29,794 bases of DNA from positions 62,001 through 91,794 of the forward strand of contig JBBEBM010000043.1 of the NCBI GenBank assembly GCA_040882355.1. The letters run 5' to 3'. Source of the stretch: Dehalococcoidia bacterium. Lineage in GTDB: Bacteria > Chloroflexota > Dehalococcoidia > DSTF01 > RBG-16-68-14. Both the position numbers and the translations under genes were made by a program. Shown one piece after another: positions 8,284 through 16,781 of this stretch. Position 1 is the first letter of the stretch, and each line of letters starts with the position of its first letter. The notes beneath the pieces are model-generated. The model was not told where the DNA came from and searched no databases. It was given only the letters and a program-made list of their open reading frames with translations.

Positions 8284-10236
8284 CTACGGGTAGCTGATAT
8301 TGACCGTGGCGTCGCCGCAGCCCTGGCTCTTGATCGGATGCCCCTGGAGGTCAGACAGGTTACACGCATCGTTGACCAACTGCGTCACCAACGGCGGCCC
8401 GCCCGGTGTGACGGCGCCATAGGTGCCAGGCTGGGGGCGCACGGTGATCAGCGCCAGCACTCCGGGCGGTTGCGGCGGCACGGGAACCTTCCCCTGCGAA
8501 ACACAGCCGTAGTGGATGGTACCCGGCACCACGTTGTTGGTGAAGCAGATCATATTCGCCGCGAGCGCCCCGGGCGCGACCTGGACGCAGACGACGGCCG
8601 GATCGAACGACAGCTCGAACTCGAAAGCGCCCAACAGTTGGAGCGCCTGCGGGTCCTTCGGGTCGATGCTCTGGATCGGGTCCTTCACCTGCATCTGAAA
8701 CGTCACCGAGTCCGGGCCGTTCACGCATGGGCCGGCCGGTGGAGGCGTCGTCAGCGCCAGGTCCAGCTTCGCAGGCGTCTTGTTGATGCGCGGATTGGGC
8801 GGCGTCGGCGTGGGCGTGCGTGTCTGCGTCGGCGTGGGCGAGGGCGTCGGTGTCGGCGGCGGCGTTCCGTTCGGGAACTTCGGGTTCACCGGCGGCTGTG
8901 GCGGGTGCGGGTCGTCGCAGGTGCTGCCGTGTCGCCCGTTCACGAACTGCACGTCCTTTACGTCGATGTCACCGTCGCCGTTGATCTGGCCCGACGGTTC
9001 GAAGTCGAACCGAGAGTTGTACAGGAGATTGCCCAGCTTCGCTCCCCAGCGGAAGGCCAGGATCTGCTGGTCGCCGATGTCGACCATGCAGTCCGCGTTG
9101 GCGTCGCCTTCCAGGTAGCGGATCGTGAGGTCGGAGTCGTCGCAGCCGCTCTTGAGGATCGGGTGGCCCTGGAGGTCCGCCAGGTTGCAGCCGACGTTCA
9201 TGATCTGCAGCACGACGCCGTTCTCCTGGAACGGACGCAGCAGAGAGTAGAGCTCCGGCTGCGGCCGCACCACGAGACGGGCGAGCTCCAGCGAGCTGCT
9301 GGGCGGCGGGTTCTTCCCCGTCGTGGTGCAGCCGATACGGGCCCTGCCGAACATCTGCAGGCCCTGGTTCTTGTCGTCGATCATGCAGACCATGCCCGAC
9401 TGCACCGCGTACTGGCCGGGCTCCAGGTTCATGCAGACGTAGCTCGGGTTGTAGAGCACGTCGAACTCGTACGCGCCGATGCGCTGCACCTGACTCGGAT
9501 CCTTGGGGTCAAGCGAGACCGGCGCGAAGTCCAGCTCGTGCGTGAACACCGCGACATCCGTGCTCTGGGCGCAGGTCGCCGGTGGCAGCTTCGCCCCTTG
9601 CGCTGTCAGGAAGAGGTTCTTGAGCGCTGGGAGCTTGAGGTTGTGCGGCACCGGCGTCGGTGTCGCGGTGGGCGTGGCCGTGGCCGTGGGCGGCGGGTTG
9701 ATCGTCAGCTTCGCGTTCTTGCAGATGCCGTCGACGAGCGCTCCTCCCAGGACATCGGCCGCCTGACAGCTCTGCAGCAGCAGCGACGTCTCGCCGAAGG
9801 ACAGCCCCTGCACGAAGAGGTCGATCGATGCGAGCACACCTGCGCCGCTCGGCCCCGGTGGCGCCCCGCCCGTCGTGTTGCAGCCGAGCTCCAGGAAGCC
9901 CGGGTTCACCGTGGCCGGCAGGCAGGACACCGGCCGCCCTGTGCTGCCCAGGAACGGACCCTCCGTGTAGCCGGCCATCTTGACGAAGTTGGTGTTGAAC
10001 AGGAACTGGAACTCGAACGCGCCCAGGTCGTTGGCGCCGTCGATGACGACATCGATCGTGAAGAGTTGGCCCGTCTCGCCCTGCACCTTGATCGGGTTCG
10101 GGTCGAGGCGCATCGCCGGCGGCGGCGACGAGTGAGCGGGACGTTCGTCGCGGAGCACGAGGGCGAACGCCAGCAGCGCTCCCGCCGCCGCGAGCGCGAA
10201 TAGCAAAGACGCGCGCCACCGACGCGACAAGGGCAT
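8284..10236 (-). CDS. Secreted scaffoldin-like protein, paralogue of 6086..8071
   Basis: Same architecture with long identical blocks (GPFLGSTGR, SSSLELAR, VRPQPELYSL, DLQGHPI, QQILAFRWG, GRHGSTC, C-terminal ISYP). Confidence 0.75.
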   Translation of the reverse strand: MPLSRRWRASLLFALAAAGALLAFALVLRDERPAHSSPPPAMRLDPNPIKVQGETGQLFTIDVVIDGANDLGAFEFQFLFNTNFVKMAGYTEGPFLGSTGRPVSCLPATVNPGFLELGCNTTGGAPPGPSGAGVLASIDLFVQGLSFGETSLLLQSCQAADVLGGALVDGICKNAKLTINPPPTATATPTATPTPVPHNLKLPALKNLFLTAQGAKLPPATCAQSTDVAVFTHELDFAPVSLDPKDPSQVQRIGAYEFDVLYNPSYVCMNLEPGQYAVQSGMVCMIDDKNQGLQMFGRARIGCTTTGKNPPPSSSLELARLVVRPQPELYSLLRPFQENGVVLQIMNVGCNLADLQGHPILKSGCDDSDLTIRYLEGDANADCMVDIGDQQILAFRWGAKLGNLLYNSRFDFEPSGQINGDGDIDVKDVQFVNGRHGSTCDDPHPPQPPVNPKFPNGTPPPTPTPSPTPTQTRTPTPTPPNPRINKTPAKLDLALTTPPPAGPCVNGPDSVTFQMQVKDPIQSIDPKDPQALQLLGAFEFELSFDPAVVCVQVAPGALAANMICFTNNVVPGTIHYGCVSQGKVPVPPQPPGVLALITVRPQPGTYGAVTPGGPPLVTQLVNDACNLSDLQGHPIKSQGCGDATVNISYP

Positions 10237-10298
10237 GACTAACTACACCCCGTTCTCTACGCGGTGACATGCTGAGCGGGGAGGCCACCAGCTCTGCT

Positions 10299-10328
10299 GT
10301 TATACCCCCCATGGCGATAAGCCGTCAA
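10299..10328 (-). promoter_or_regulatory. Sigma70-type promoter TTGACG-N18-TATAAC for 8284..10236
   Basis: cgtcaa at 10323-10328 and gttata at 10299-10304; same geometry as the paralogue's promoter. Confidence 0.7.
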
Positions 10329-10398
10329 GCGAACGGCGTACGTTTGGCGTGAGGGATCGCGAAGGAGGCTCGAACGCCTGGCTACGGAAGCGGCCCGG

Positions 10399-10956
10399 CT
10401 ACGCCCGTTCCAGGTACTCGCCGGTGCGCGTGTCCACCTTCACCCGTTCGCCCGGCGAGACGAAGAGCGGCACGTTCACCATGAGGCCGGTCTCCAGCTT
10501 CGCGGGCTTCGTGCCGCCCTGGGCCGTGTCGCCCTTCACCCAGGGGTCGGCCTCAGCGACAGCCAGCTCTACTGCCGCCGGCAGCTCGACGCCGAGCGCC
10601 TCATCGCCGAAGGTGAGGAGCTGGCACGAGCCGTTCTCGGTGAGGTAGTTGATCGCGTCGCCCACCTGGTTGCGGTTGAGCGGGATCTGGTCGTACGTCT
10701 CCGTGTTCATGAAGTAGTAGAGGTCGCCGTCCTGGTAGAGGTACTGCGCCTGCTGGCGTTCGACGCGGGCGCGCGGAAACTTCGCCGTCGCCTGGAACGT
10801 CTTGTCGACGGTGTGGCCGCCGCGCAGATCGCGCAGCCGCAGGCGTACCTGCGCCGAGCCGCGTCCCATCTTGATGTGCTCGTAGTCCAGGATCTGGTAG
10901 AGCACGCCGTCCATCTCGATGGCGACGCCCTTGCGCATCTCGGTCACGTTCAGCAT
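10399..10956 (-). CDS. efp: Elongation factor P (start trimmed to MLNVTEMRKG)
   Basis: HIKMGRGSAQVR loop, QYLY..YFMNTETYDQ, KGDTAQGGTKPAKLETG..VPLFV..VDTRTGEYLER. Confidence 0.96.
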   Translation of the reverse strand: MLNVTEMRKGVAIEMDGVLYQILDYEHIKMGRGSAQVRLRLRDLRGGHTVDKTFQATAKFPRARVERQQAQYLYQDGDLYYFMNTETYDQIPLNRNQVGDAINYLTENGSCQLLTFGDEALGVELPAAVELAVAEADPWVKGDTAQGGTKPAKLETGLMVNVPLFVSPGERVKVDTRTGEYLERA

Positions 10957-10985
10957 GAGTGATCTCTCGCTTTCGTCGGAGTTGC

Positions 10986-11468
10986 TTATGCCGGGCGAGC
11001 CGTCGCCACGCCGGCGTCCCACTCATCGCCGCGGCGCTCGAGCATGTGGCGCGGCACGATGCCCGCACCGACGTCGACCAGGCCGATGCGCTCCGTCACA
11101 ACCCGCGCCAGCACGAGGCCGGGCACCACGCGCACGAAGCCGTCGATCTCAGGGACTTTCACCCGCAGCGGCGCGTACGCGTCCGGCTCGTCGGCGAGGT
11201 CGGCAACGACCTCGACCCGTCCGACGCCCTGGACGAAGCGGTCCGGCACCTGACGGTTGACGGTGAAGGCGGCGCGCGGGTTCTCGCGCAGGTTGTCCAT
11301 CGTCGTCGAAACGCGTTCGATCAGGAAGAGCAGGTCGAGGCCGTCCTCGGCGAAGTAGCAGGTGAAGCACCAGGGCGACGCCTGCCCGCAGGTGGCGAGG
11401 TTCATCACCTTGTTCTCCGCCAGCACGGCGGCGATCTTCTCCTGCAGAAACGGCGCCGCTGCGGACAC
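10986..11468 (-). CDS. Pyridoxamine 5'-phosphate oxidase-like (FMN split-barrel) protein
   Basis: MNLATC..PW..YF..NLRENPRAAFTV..VQGVG pattern. Confidence 0.7.
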   Translation of the reverse strand: MSAAAPFLQEKIAAVLAENKVMNLATCGQASPWCFTCYFAEDGLDLLFLIERVSTTMDNLRENPRAAFTVNRQVPDRFVQGVGRVEVVADLADEPDAYAPLRVKVPEIDGFVRVVPGLVLARVVTERIGLVDVGAGIVPRHMLERRGDEWDAGVATARPA

Positions 11469-11520
11469 AGTCTGTCTCCCTTCGGCTCGACTGCCCTCAC
11501 TCTAGCCCAGGGAGCTGTTG

Positions 11521-11540
11521 GGGGCCACTGACGTGGCTCC
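11521..11540. repeat. Short intergenic palindrome (REP-like or terminator) GGGGCCAC-TGAC-GTGGCTCC
   Basis: 8-bp stem with one G-U pair, just downstream of the peptidase stop. Confidence 0.45.
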
Positions 11541-11553
11541 TCGTGAGCGAGGC

Positions 11554-12660
11554 TTACGCCGCCGCCGTCGTCATCTTGGGCGCGCGGCTCATGATCCGCG
11601 CCTTGCCGTTCTCCAGCACCACCATGTCCTCGATGCGCACGCCGCCCCAGCCCGTCAGGTAGATGCCTGGCTCGATGGTGAAGACCATGCCATCTTCCAG
11701 CACGTCTTTTGACGTCTTCGCCAGCCGCGGCGCTTCGTGCACCTGAAGCCCGACGCCGTGGCCCAGCCCGTGGCCGAACGCCTCTCCGTGGCCAGCTTCA
11801 TCGATCACGCCGTGCGCCAGCAGGTGGGCCTGCTCGCCGGTCATGCCCGCCTCCACCAACTCCTCTGCCGTCTGCTGCGCGGCGAGCACGATGTCGTAGA
11901 TGCGCTTGAACTCGTCGTCCGGCTTGCCGATGAAGATCGTGCGGGTGAGGTCGGACATGTAGCCGTTCAGCTTCACGCCCATGTCGATCACCACGCCCTC
12001 GCCCTTCTGGAGCACGCGCTCCGTGGGGAACGCGTGCGCCATCGCGCCGCGCGGCCCGCTGCCGACGATCGTGTCGAACGAGAGGCCGTCGCCGCCGTGC
12101 TCTCGGATGTACTTCTCGATCTCCCAGGCGACCTGCTGCTCCGTCCAGCCCGGCTCGAGGCGCTGCGCGACGTGCTCGAACGCCGCGTCTCCTAGGTCGA
12201 CCGCCGCCTGCAGCGCCTCGATCTCCTCCGCGTCCTTGATCTCGCGCAGCCGCTCGACGATGTCCACGGTCGGCACGAGCTTCGGACGGTGCGGCTCAGG
12301 CAGGCCAATCACGATCTTGCGTAGGCCACGATAGCCGCGATAGCTGACGTGCGCCTCCTCGAACGCGATGCGCTTCCCACCCAGCCCTTCGAGCATGCCG
12401 GGCAACCATTCCTCCATCCGCCCGACCGCGCGGCTCACGCGACAGTCCTGCGCTTGCTGCTCCGCCTGCTCCCAGTAGCGCGAGTCCGTCGCAATGACAG
12501 CGTCGTCCATCGTGACCAGCAGGTACGCTGAGGTGCCGGTAAAGCCCGAGAGGTAGCGGCGGTTCACGGGGCTCGACGTCTCAGGGCTCGAGACGAACAT
12601 GCCGTCGAGCTTGCTCCCGTCGAGCTTCTCGCGCAGGCGCTGGAGGCGCTGGTTAGACAT
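11554..12660 (-). CDS. Xaa-Pro aminopeptidase/dipeptidase (M24B)
   Basis: NRRYLSGFTG, IDMG..YMSDLTRT, HGLGHGVGLQVHEAP, TIEPGIY and GVRIED metal-binding motifs. Confidence 0.95.
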   Translation of the reverse strand: MSNQRLQRLREKLDGSKLDGMFVSSPETSSPVNRRYLSGFTGTSAYLLVTMDDAVIATDSRYWEQAEQQAQDCRVSRAVGRMEEWLPGMLEGLGGKRIAFEEAHVSYRGYRGLRKIVIGLPEPHRPKLVPTVDIVERLREIKDAEEIEALQAAVDLGDAAFEHVAQRLEPGWTEQQVAWEIEKYIREHGGDGLSFDTIVGSGPRGAMAHAFPTERVLQKGEGVVIDMGVKLNGYMSDLTRTIFIGKPDDEFKRIYDIVLAAQQTAEELVEAGMTGEQAHLLAHGVIDEAGHGEAFGHGLGHGVGLQVHEAPRLAKTSKDVLEDGMVFTIEPGIYLTGWGGVRIEDMVVLENGKARIMSRAPKMTTAAA

Positions 12661-12690
12661 TGTGGCTCTCCTCGCTCACCGCCCCGGTTG

Positions 12691-13140
12691 CTAGCTTCCG
12701 GTCGCTTGCTCCTTCAGCAGCTCGACGAGCGTGTCCAGCGCCGCGATGTAGCCGCGCCAGCCGAGGCCTGTGATCACGCCCCGAGACGCGCCCGCCGTCA
12801 CCGAGCGCCGGCGGAACGGCTCGCGCGTGTAGATGTTCGAGATGTGCACCTCGATCACCGGCCTATCCGACCCTGCGAGGGTGTCGCGAAGCGCCAGGCT
12901 GTAGTGGCTGAAGGCGCCTGGGTTGATGATGATGCCATCCGCCTCCGGGGCCTCCTGCTGAAGGTAGTCGATGAGCCCGCCCTCGTGGTTCGACTGGAAG
13001 GCGCGGATCTCGACGCCCAGGGCCTTCGCCCGCTCGGCCACGCGCCCCTCGATGTCCGCCAGCGTCAGGTGGCCGTAGACCTCGGTTTCGCGCTGGCCCA
13101 GCGTATTCAGATTCGGCCCGTTGAGCAGCAGAATGCGCAT
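12691..13140 (-). CDS. aroQ: Type II 3-dehydroquinate dehydratase
   Basis: LNGPNLNTLGQRETEVYG, FQSNHEG, INPGAFSHYS, EVHISNIYTREPFR. Confidence 0.96.
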   Translation of the reverse strand: MRILLLNGPNLNTLGQRETEVYGHLTLADIEGRVAERAKALGVEIRAFQSNHEGGLIDYLQQEAPEADGIIINPGAFSHYSLALRDTLAGSDRPVIEVHISNIYTREPFRRRSVTAGASRGVITGLGWRGYIAALDTLVELLKEQATGS

Positions 13141-13243
13141 CGATAGCAGCGTACAAGATACGGGCCCGATGGGTCGAGGCTAGCAGTGGAGGCCTATTGC
13201 CATCATCGCTACGCCCCTTCGCTGGCTACTGCTTCTCGCTGCC

Positions 13244-15031
13244 TTGATCGGCGCGTTCGCGCTCGCCGGCGCGTTCGTCCTGTCGTCGCGCCCCCGGCCC
13301 ATCTCCGCTTCGGGCATCACTGCTATCGAGGCCGGCGTGAACCACACCTGCGCGGTGACGGCGGTGGGCGGCGCGAAGTGCTGGGGCGAGAACAACTTCG
13401 GCGAGCTCGGCGATGGCACGACGACGACGCGTTCCCTGCCGGGCGACGTGACAGGCCTCACGAGCGGCGTCGCGGCGATCGCCGGCGGCGACAACCACAC
13501 CTGCGCGCTGACGGCGGGCGGCGGCGTCAAGTGCTGGGGCCGCAACAACGCCGGCCAGCTCGGCGACTTCACCCTGCTGGACCGCGACGAACCCGTCGAC
13601 GTCACGAACCTCACCAGCGGCGTCGTCGCTATCGCGACCGGCGACAACCACACCTGCGCCATCACCACTGCGGGCGGCGTCAAGTGCTGGGGTGAGAACA
13701 ACGTCGGCCAGCTCGGCGATGGGTCGACGACGAACCACACGATCCCGGTGAACGTCGTCGGCCTCAGCAGCGGCGTCGCCGCTATCGCCGCGGGCGGCGC
13801 TCACACGTGCGCCGTCACAACCGGCGGCGCCCTCAAGTGCTGGGGCTTCAACGGCTTCGGTGAGGTCGGCGACGGCTCGACCACGAACCGCACCGCGCCG
13901 GCGAACGTTTCGGGCTTGGGCAGCGGTGTGGCAGCGGTCTCGCTCGGCTCGCTGCACACCTGCGCTGTCACGGACGCCGGCGCCGTCAAGTGCTGGGGCT
14001 ACAACGCCTTCGGCCAGCTCGGCGACGACACGACCGACGACACCACGACACCCGTCGGCGTCTCCGGCCTGGCGACCGGCGCCGCCGGCGTCGCAGCGGG
14101 CACGATTCACACCTGCGCTCTGATGTCAGCCGGCGGCGTCAAGTGCTGGGGTAACAACAACAACGGCCAGCTCGGTGACGCCACCACGACGCAGAGCGAG
14201 ACGCCGGTCAGCGTCTCTGGCCTGACGGGCGTCGCTCAGGTGAGTGCTGGCGGCTATCACACCTGCGCCGCGAAGAGCAACGCCGAGGCCCGCTGCTGGG
14301 GCCACAACACCTACGGCCAGCTCGGCGATGGCACGACCGACGGCAGCACCACGCCTGTGAGCGTATTCGGCTTCGGCGCCAAGACGCTCCCGACGCCCAC
14401 GATCACCGGGACGCCCACGCGGACGCCTACGCCCACCAGCACGCGAACCGCCACGCAAACACGCACGCCCACACAGACCGCTACCCGCACGCCAACGCGC
14501 ACGGCCACACCGACCGTGACGCACACAGAAACGCCGGCGTCCACCAGCACACCCACGAAGACGCCCACAGAAACGCCAACGCGCACCGCCACGCAAACGC
14601 CTGCCGGCACACCGACGCGGACCCGCACGCCGACGCCCACCACCACCGCGACGCTGACGCCGGGCGGTAGCCCGGACACCGACGGCGACGGCTGTAGCGA
14701 CGCCAGCGAGCTCGGGCCCAATCCCACTCAGGGCGGCGGGCGCGACCCGAACAACGTCTGGGACTTCTTCGATACGCCGAGCGACATCAACTCGCGAGAC
14801 GCAGCGATCACGGCGGGCGACCTCGCGCGCGTCGTGTCGCGCTTCGGCAGCGCCGGCAGCGACGCGATGGACCCGCTCTCCAATCCGCCGCTCCCGCCCG
14901 CCTACCACACCGCGTTCGACCGCAGCTCGCCCGGCCAGGCCCCGAACGGCCAGGAACAGGGCGCGAACGGTTCCATCACGGCGCAAGACATCGCGCTCAT
15001 CGTCACCCAGTTCGGCGACACCTGCGCGTGA
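13244..15031 (+). CDS. Secreted RCC1/BLIP-II 7-repeat beta-propeller + Thr/Pro linker + dockerin-like C-terminal tail; true start probably further upstream
   Basis: Seven HTCA..CWGxNxxG(Q/E)(L/V)GD repeats; long TPT linker; tail DTDGDGC..GGx[41 protein letters not shown]. Confidence 0.85.
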   Translation: MIGAFALAGAFVLSSRPRPISASGITAIEAGVNHTCAVTAVGGAKCWGENNFGELGDGTTTTRSLPGDVTGLTSGVAAIAGGDNHTCALTAGGGVKCWGRNNAGQLGDFTLLDRDEPVDVTNLTSGVVAIATGDNHTCAITTAGGVKCWGENNVGQLGDGSTTNHTIPVNVVGLSSGVAAIAAGGAHTCAVTTGGALKCWGFNGFGEVGDGSTTNRTAPANVSGLGSGVAAVSLGSLHTCAVTDAGAVKCWGYNAFGQLGDDTTDDTTTPVGVSGLATGAAGVAAGTIHTCALMSAGGVKCWGNNNNGQLGDATTTQSETPVSVSGLTGVAQVSAGGYHTCAAKSNAEARCWGHNTYGQLGDGTTDGSTTPVSVFGFGAKTLPTPTITGTPTRTPTPTSTRTATQTRTPTQTATRTPTRTATPTVTHTETPASTSTPTKTPTETPTRTATQTPAGTPTRTRTPTPTTTATLTPGGSPDTDGDGCSDASELGPNPTQGGGRDPNNVWDFFDTPSDINSRDAAITAGDLARVVSRFGSAGSDAMDPLSNPPLPPAYHTAFDRSSPGQAPNGQEQGANGSITAQDIALIVTQFGDTCA

Positions 15032-15056
15032 CGGTTGCTGTGCAGCGCCATCGGGC

Positions 15057-15074
15057 GCCAGGCTGAAGCCTGGC
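15057..15074. repeat. Palindrome GCCAGGC-TGAA-GCCTGGC (REP-like or terminator)
   Basis: Perfect 7-bp stem 25 nt after the stop; near-identical copy at 26049-26069. Confidence 0.6.
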
Positions 15075-15076
15075 AA

Positions 15077-15139
15077 TCCAGCCTCAAGCCTCCAGCCTCC
15101 AGCTTCCAGACCCCCGCCTCCAGCCTCCAGCTTCCAACT
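15077..15139 (+). repeat. Heptamer tandem array, consensus TCCAGCY, 9 units
   Basis: TCCAGCC TCAAGCC TCCAGCC TCCAGCT TCCAGAC CCCCGCC TCCAGCC TCCAGCT TCCAACT. Confidence 0.85.
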
Positions 15140-15147
15140 GCTATAGT
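15139..15147 (+). promoter_or_regulatory. Extended -10 promoter TGcTATAGT for 15195..16763
   Basis: TGnTATAGT 47 nt upstream of the ATG. Confidence 0.55.
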
Positions 15148-15194
15148 GGCTGCAACGCTGGTGGCAGGATGCCATTGTTGTTGTTGAACGAACC

Positions 15195-16763
15195 ATGAGG
15201 TTGCGAGGCGCCCTGCTGCTCGTCGCGCTCGCGGTCATGGCGGCCGCGAGCCTCGTCCCGTCATCCGCGCCCGGCCGCGTCGCGGCCGCCGGCGTCGCTG
15301 AGATCTCGACTGGCGGCAGCCACACTTGCGCCGTCACCAGCATGGGCGTCGCCAAGTGCTGGGGGAAGAACGACGACGGCGAGCTGGGCGACAACACCCT
15401 CACCGACCGCCCCACTCCTGGCAACGTGGCCGGCCTGACCTTGGGCGTCGCGGCGATCGGCGCCGGCGGCGACCAGTCGTGCGCCGTGCGCAGCAACGGT
15501 GGCGTAAGGTGTTGGGGGTTCAATCGTTACGGCCAGCTCGGCACCGGCACGACCACCATGAGCGCCAGCCCGCTCGATGTCTCCGGGCTCGGCAGCGGCG
15601 TCGCAAGCGTGGCCGCCGGCTTCGCCCATACCTGCGCGCGAACGACCGCCGGCGGCGCGAAGTGCTGGGGGAGGAACGACTTGGGGCAGCTCGGCGCCAC
15701 GTCGTCCGACACCTGTCAGGCCCTTGCCTGCAGCACGACCCCGATCGACGTCACAGGCCTGTCGACTGGCGTACAGGCGCTCGCGCTTGGCGATTCCCAC
15801 ACGTGCGCGCTGATCTCCGGCGGGACAGTGAAGTGTTGGGGCAGCAACAACGCCGGCCAGCTCGGCGACGGCACACAGACGCAGCGGCCAACGCCCGTCG
15901 ACGTATCCGGCCTGACCGGCGTGACGGCGATCGCCGCCGGAGCGTTCCACACCTGCGCCTTCGTCAGCCTGGGCTCCATCTATTGCTGGGGCCTGGACGC
16001 ATTCGGCCAGCTCGGCGATGGCGGCGCGACCGACTTCAGTGCCACACCGGTACTCGTTCCTGCGCTGGACGACGCCGCCCTCGCGGTCACCGCGGGCGCC
16101 TACCACACCTGCGCCATCGACTCCCTGAACGCGGTCCGGTGCTGGGGTCGCAACGATGTCGGCCAGCTCGGCGCGCCCTCGTCGGACGTCTGCCAGGTCG
16201 CCCAGGCGTACGCCTGCAGCACGGCACCGATTCCCAACGGTGTAACCGGCGCCAGCAAACTTGGCGGCGGCGGCTCCGCCTTCCACACCTGCGCCGTGCT
16301 CAGCACCGGCGCCGCGCGCTGCTGGGGCTACAATTCGCGCGGCCAGGTCGGCGACGGCACGACCACGAACGCGACGACACCGCGGGACGTCTTCGGCTTT
16401 GGCGCGGCCCCCGATTCCGACGGCGACGGCTGCACGAACGCGCAGGAGGATGGGCCAACCGCGACCCTCGGCGGGCAGCGCGACGGCAAGAACTTCTGGG
16501 ACTTCTTCGATACGCCCGCCGGCGCCAACGTCAGGGATGGCGCGGTGACTTCCGGCGATCTCGCTCGCGTCGTTGCGCGGTTCGGAGCGAACGGCAGCGC
16601 GGCGCTCGACCCGCTCTCGCCACCGCCCGCGTCCGGCTATCACACCGCATTCGACCGCACTCCCTCCACCCCCAACGTCTGGAACCTCGGCCCGCCCAAC
16701 GCGTCGATCACGGCGCAGGACATCGCGCTTATCGTCGGCCAATTCGGGCACACGTGCGTGTGA
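15195..16763 (+). CDS. Secreted RCC1/BLIP-II 7-repeat beta-propeller + dockerin-like C-terminal tail (paralogue without the TP linker)
   Basis: Signal peptide MRLRGALLLVALAVMAAA; seven C..CWG repeats; tail DSDGDGC..WDFFDTP..QFGHTCV. Confidence 0.88.
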   Translation: MRLRGALLLVALAVMAAASLVPSSAPGRVAAAGVAEISTGGSHTCAVTSMGVAKCWGKNDDGELGDNTLTDRPTPGNVAGLTLGVAAIGAGGDQSCAVRSNGGVRCWGFNRYGQLGTGTTTMSASPLDVSGLGSGVASVAAGFAHTCARTTAGGAKCWGRNDLGQLGATSSDTCQALACSTTPIDVTGLSTGVQALALGDSHTCALISGGTVKCWGSNNAGQLGDGTQTQRPTPVDVSGLTGVTAIAAGAFHTCAFVSLGSIYCWGLDAFGQLGDGGATDFSATPVLVPALDDAALAVTAGAYHTCAIDSLNAVRCWGRNDVGQLGAPSSDVCQVAQAYACSTAPIPNGVTGASKLGGGGSAFHTCAVLSTGAARCWGYNSRGQVGDGTTTNATTPRDVFGFGAAPDSDGDGCTNAQEDGPTATLGGQRDGKNFWDFFDTPAGANVRDGAVTSGDLARVVARFGANGSAALDPLSPPPASGYHTAFDRTPSTPNVWNLGPPNASITAQDIALIVGQFGHTCV

Positions 16764-16781
16764 CGGCGCGCCGCCCGCGCC

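Noticed and set aside
5621..10203. Long + strand ORFs (697 aa at 5621, 621 aa at 8338) and similar antisense ORFs at 15261 and 16729
   Set aside because: Arg/Ala-rich shadow frames typical of high-GC DNA, opposite well-supported genes
6086..10236. True cellulosome for plant cell-wall degradation
   Set aside because: No glycoside hydrolase, CBM3 or SLH domain recognised; the dockerin-like tails are attached to propellers
10284..10292. E. coli Chi site GCTGGTGG (also at 15157)
   Set aside because: Chi is lineage-specific, and the position just after -10 boxes fits a promoter-proximal motif better
14390..14660. Low-complexity ACG/CCC repeats as a DNA repeat element
   Set aside because: They encode the Thr/Pro linker with varied synonymous codons
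13310..16400. CRISPR-like or DGR-like periodic DNA repeats (AAGTGCTGGGG, GGCCAGCTCGGC)
   Set aside because: They are in-frame codons of RCC1 protein repeats inside intact ORFs; no repeat-spacer structure and no cas genes
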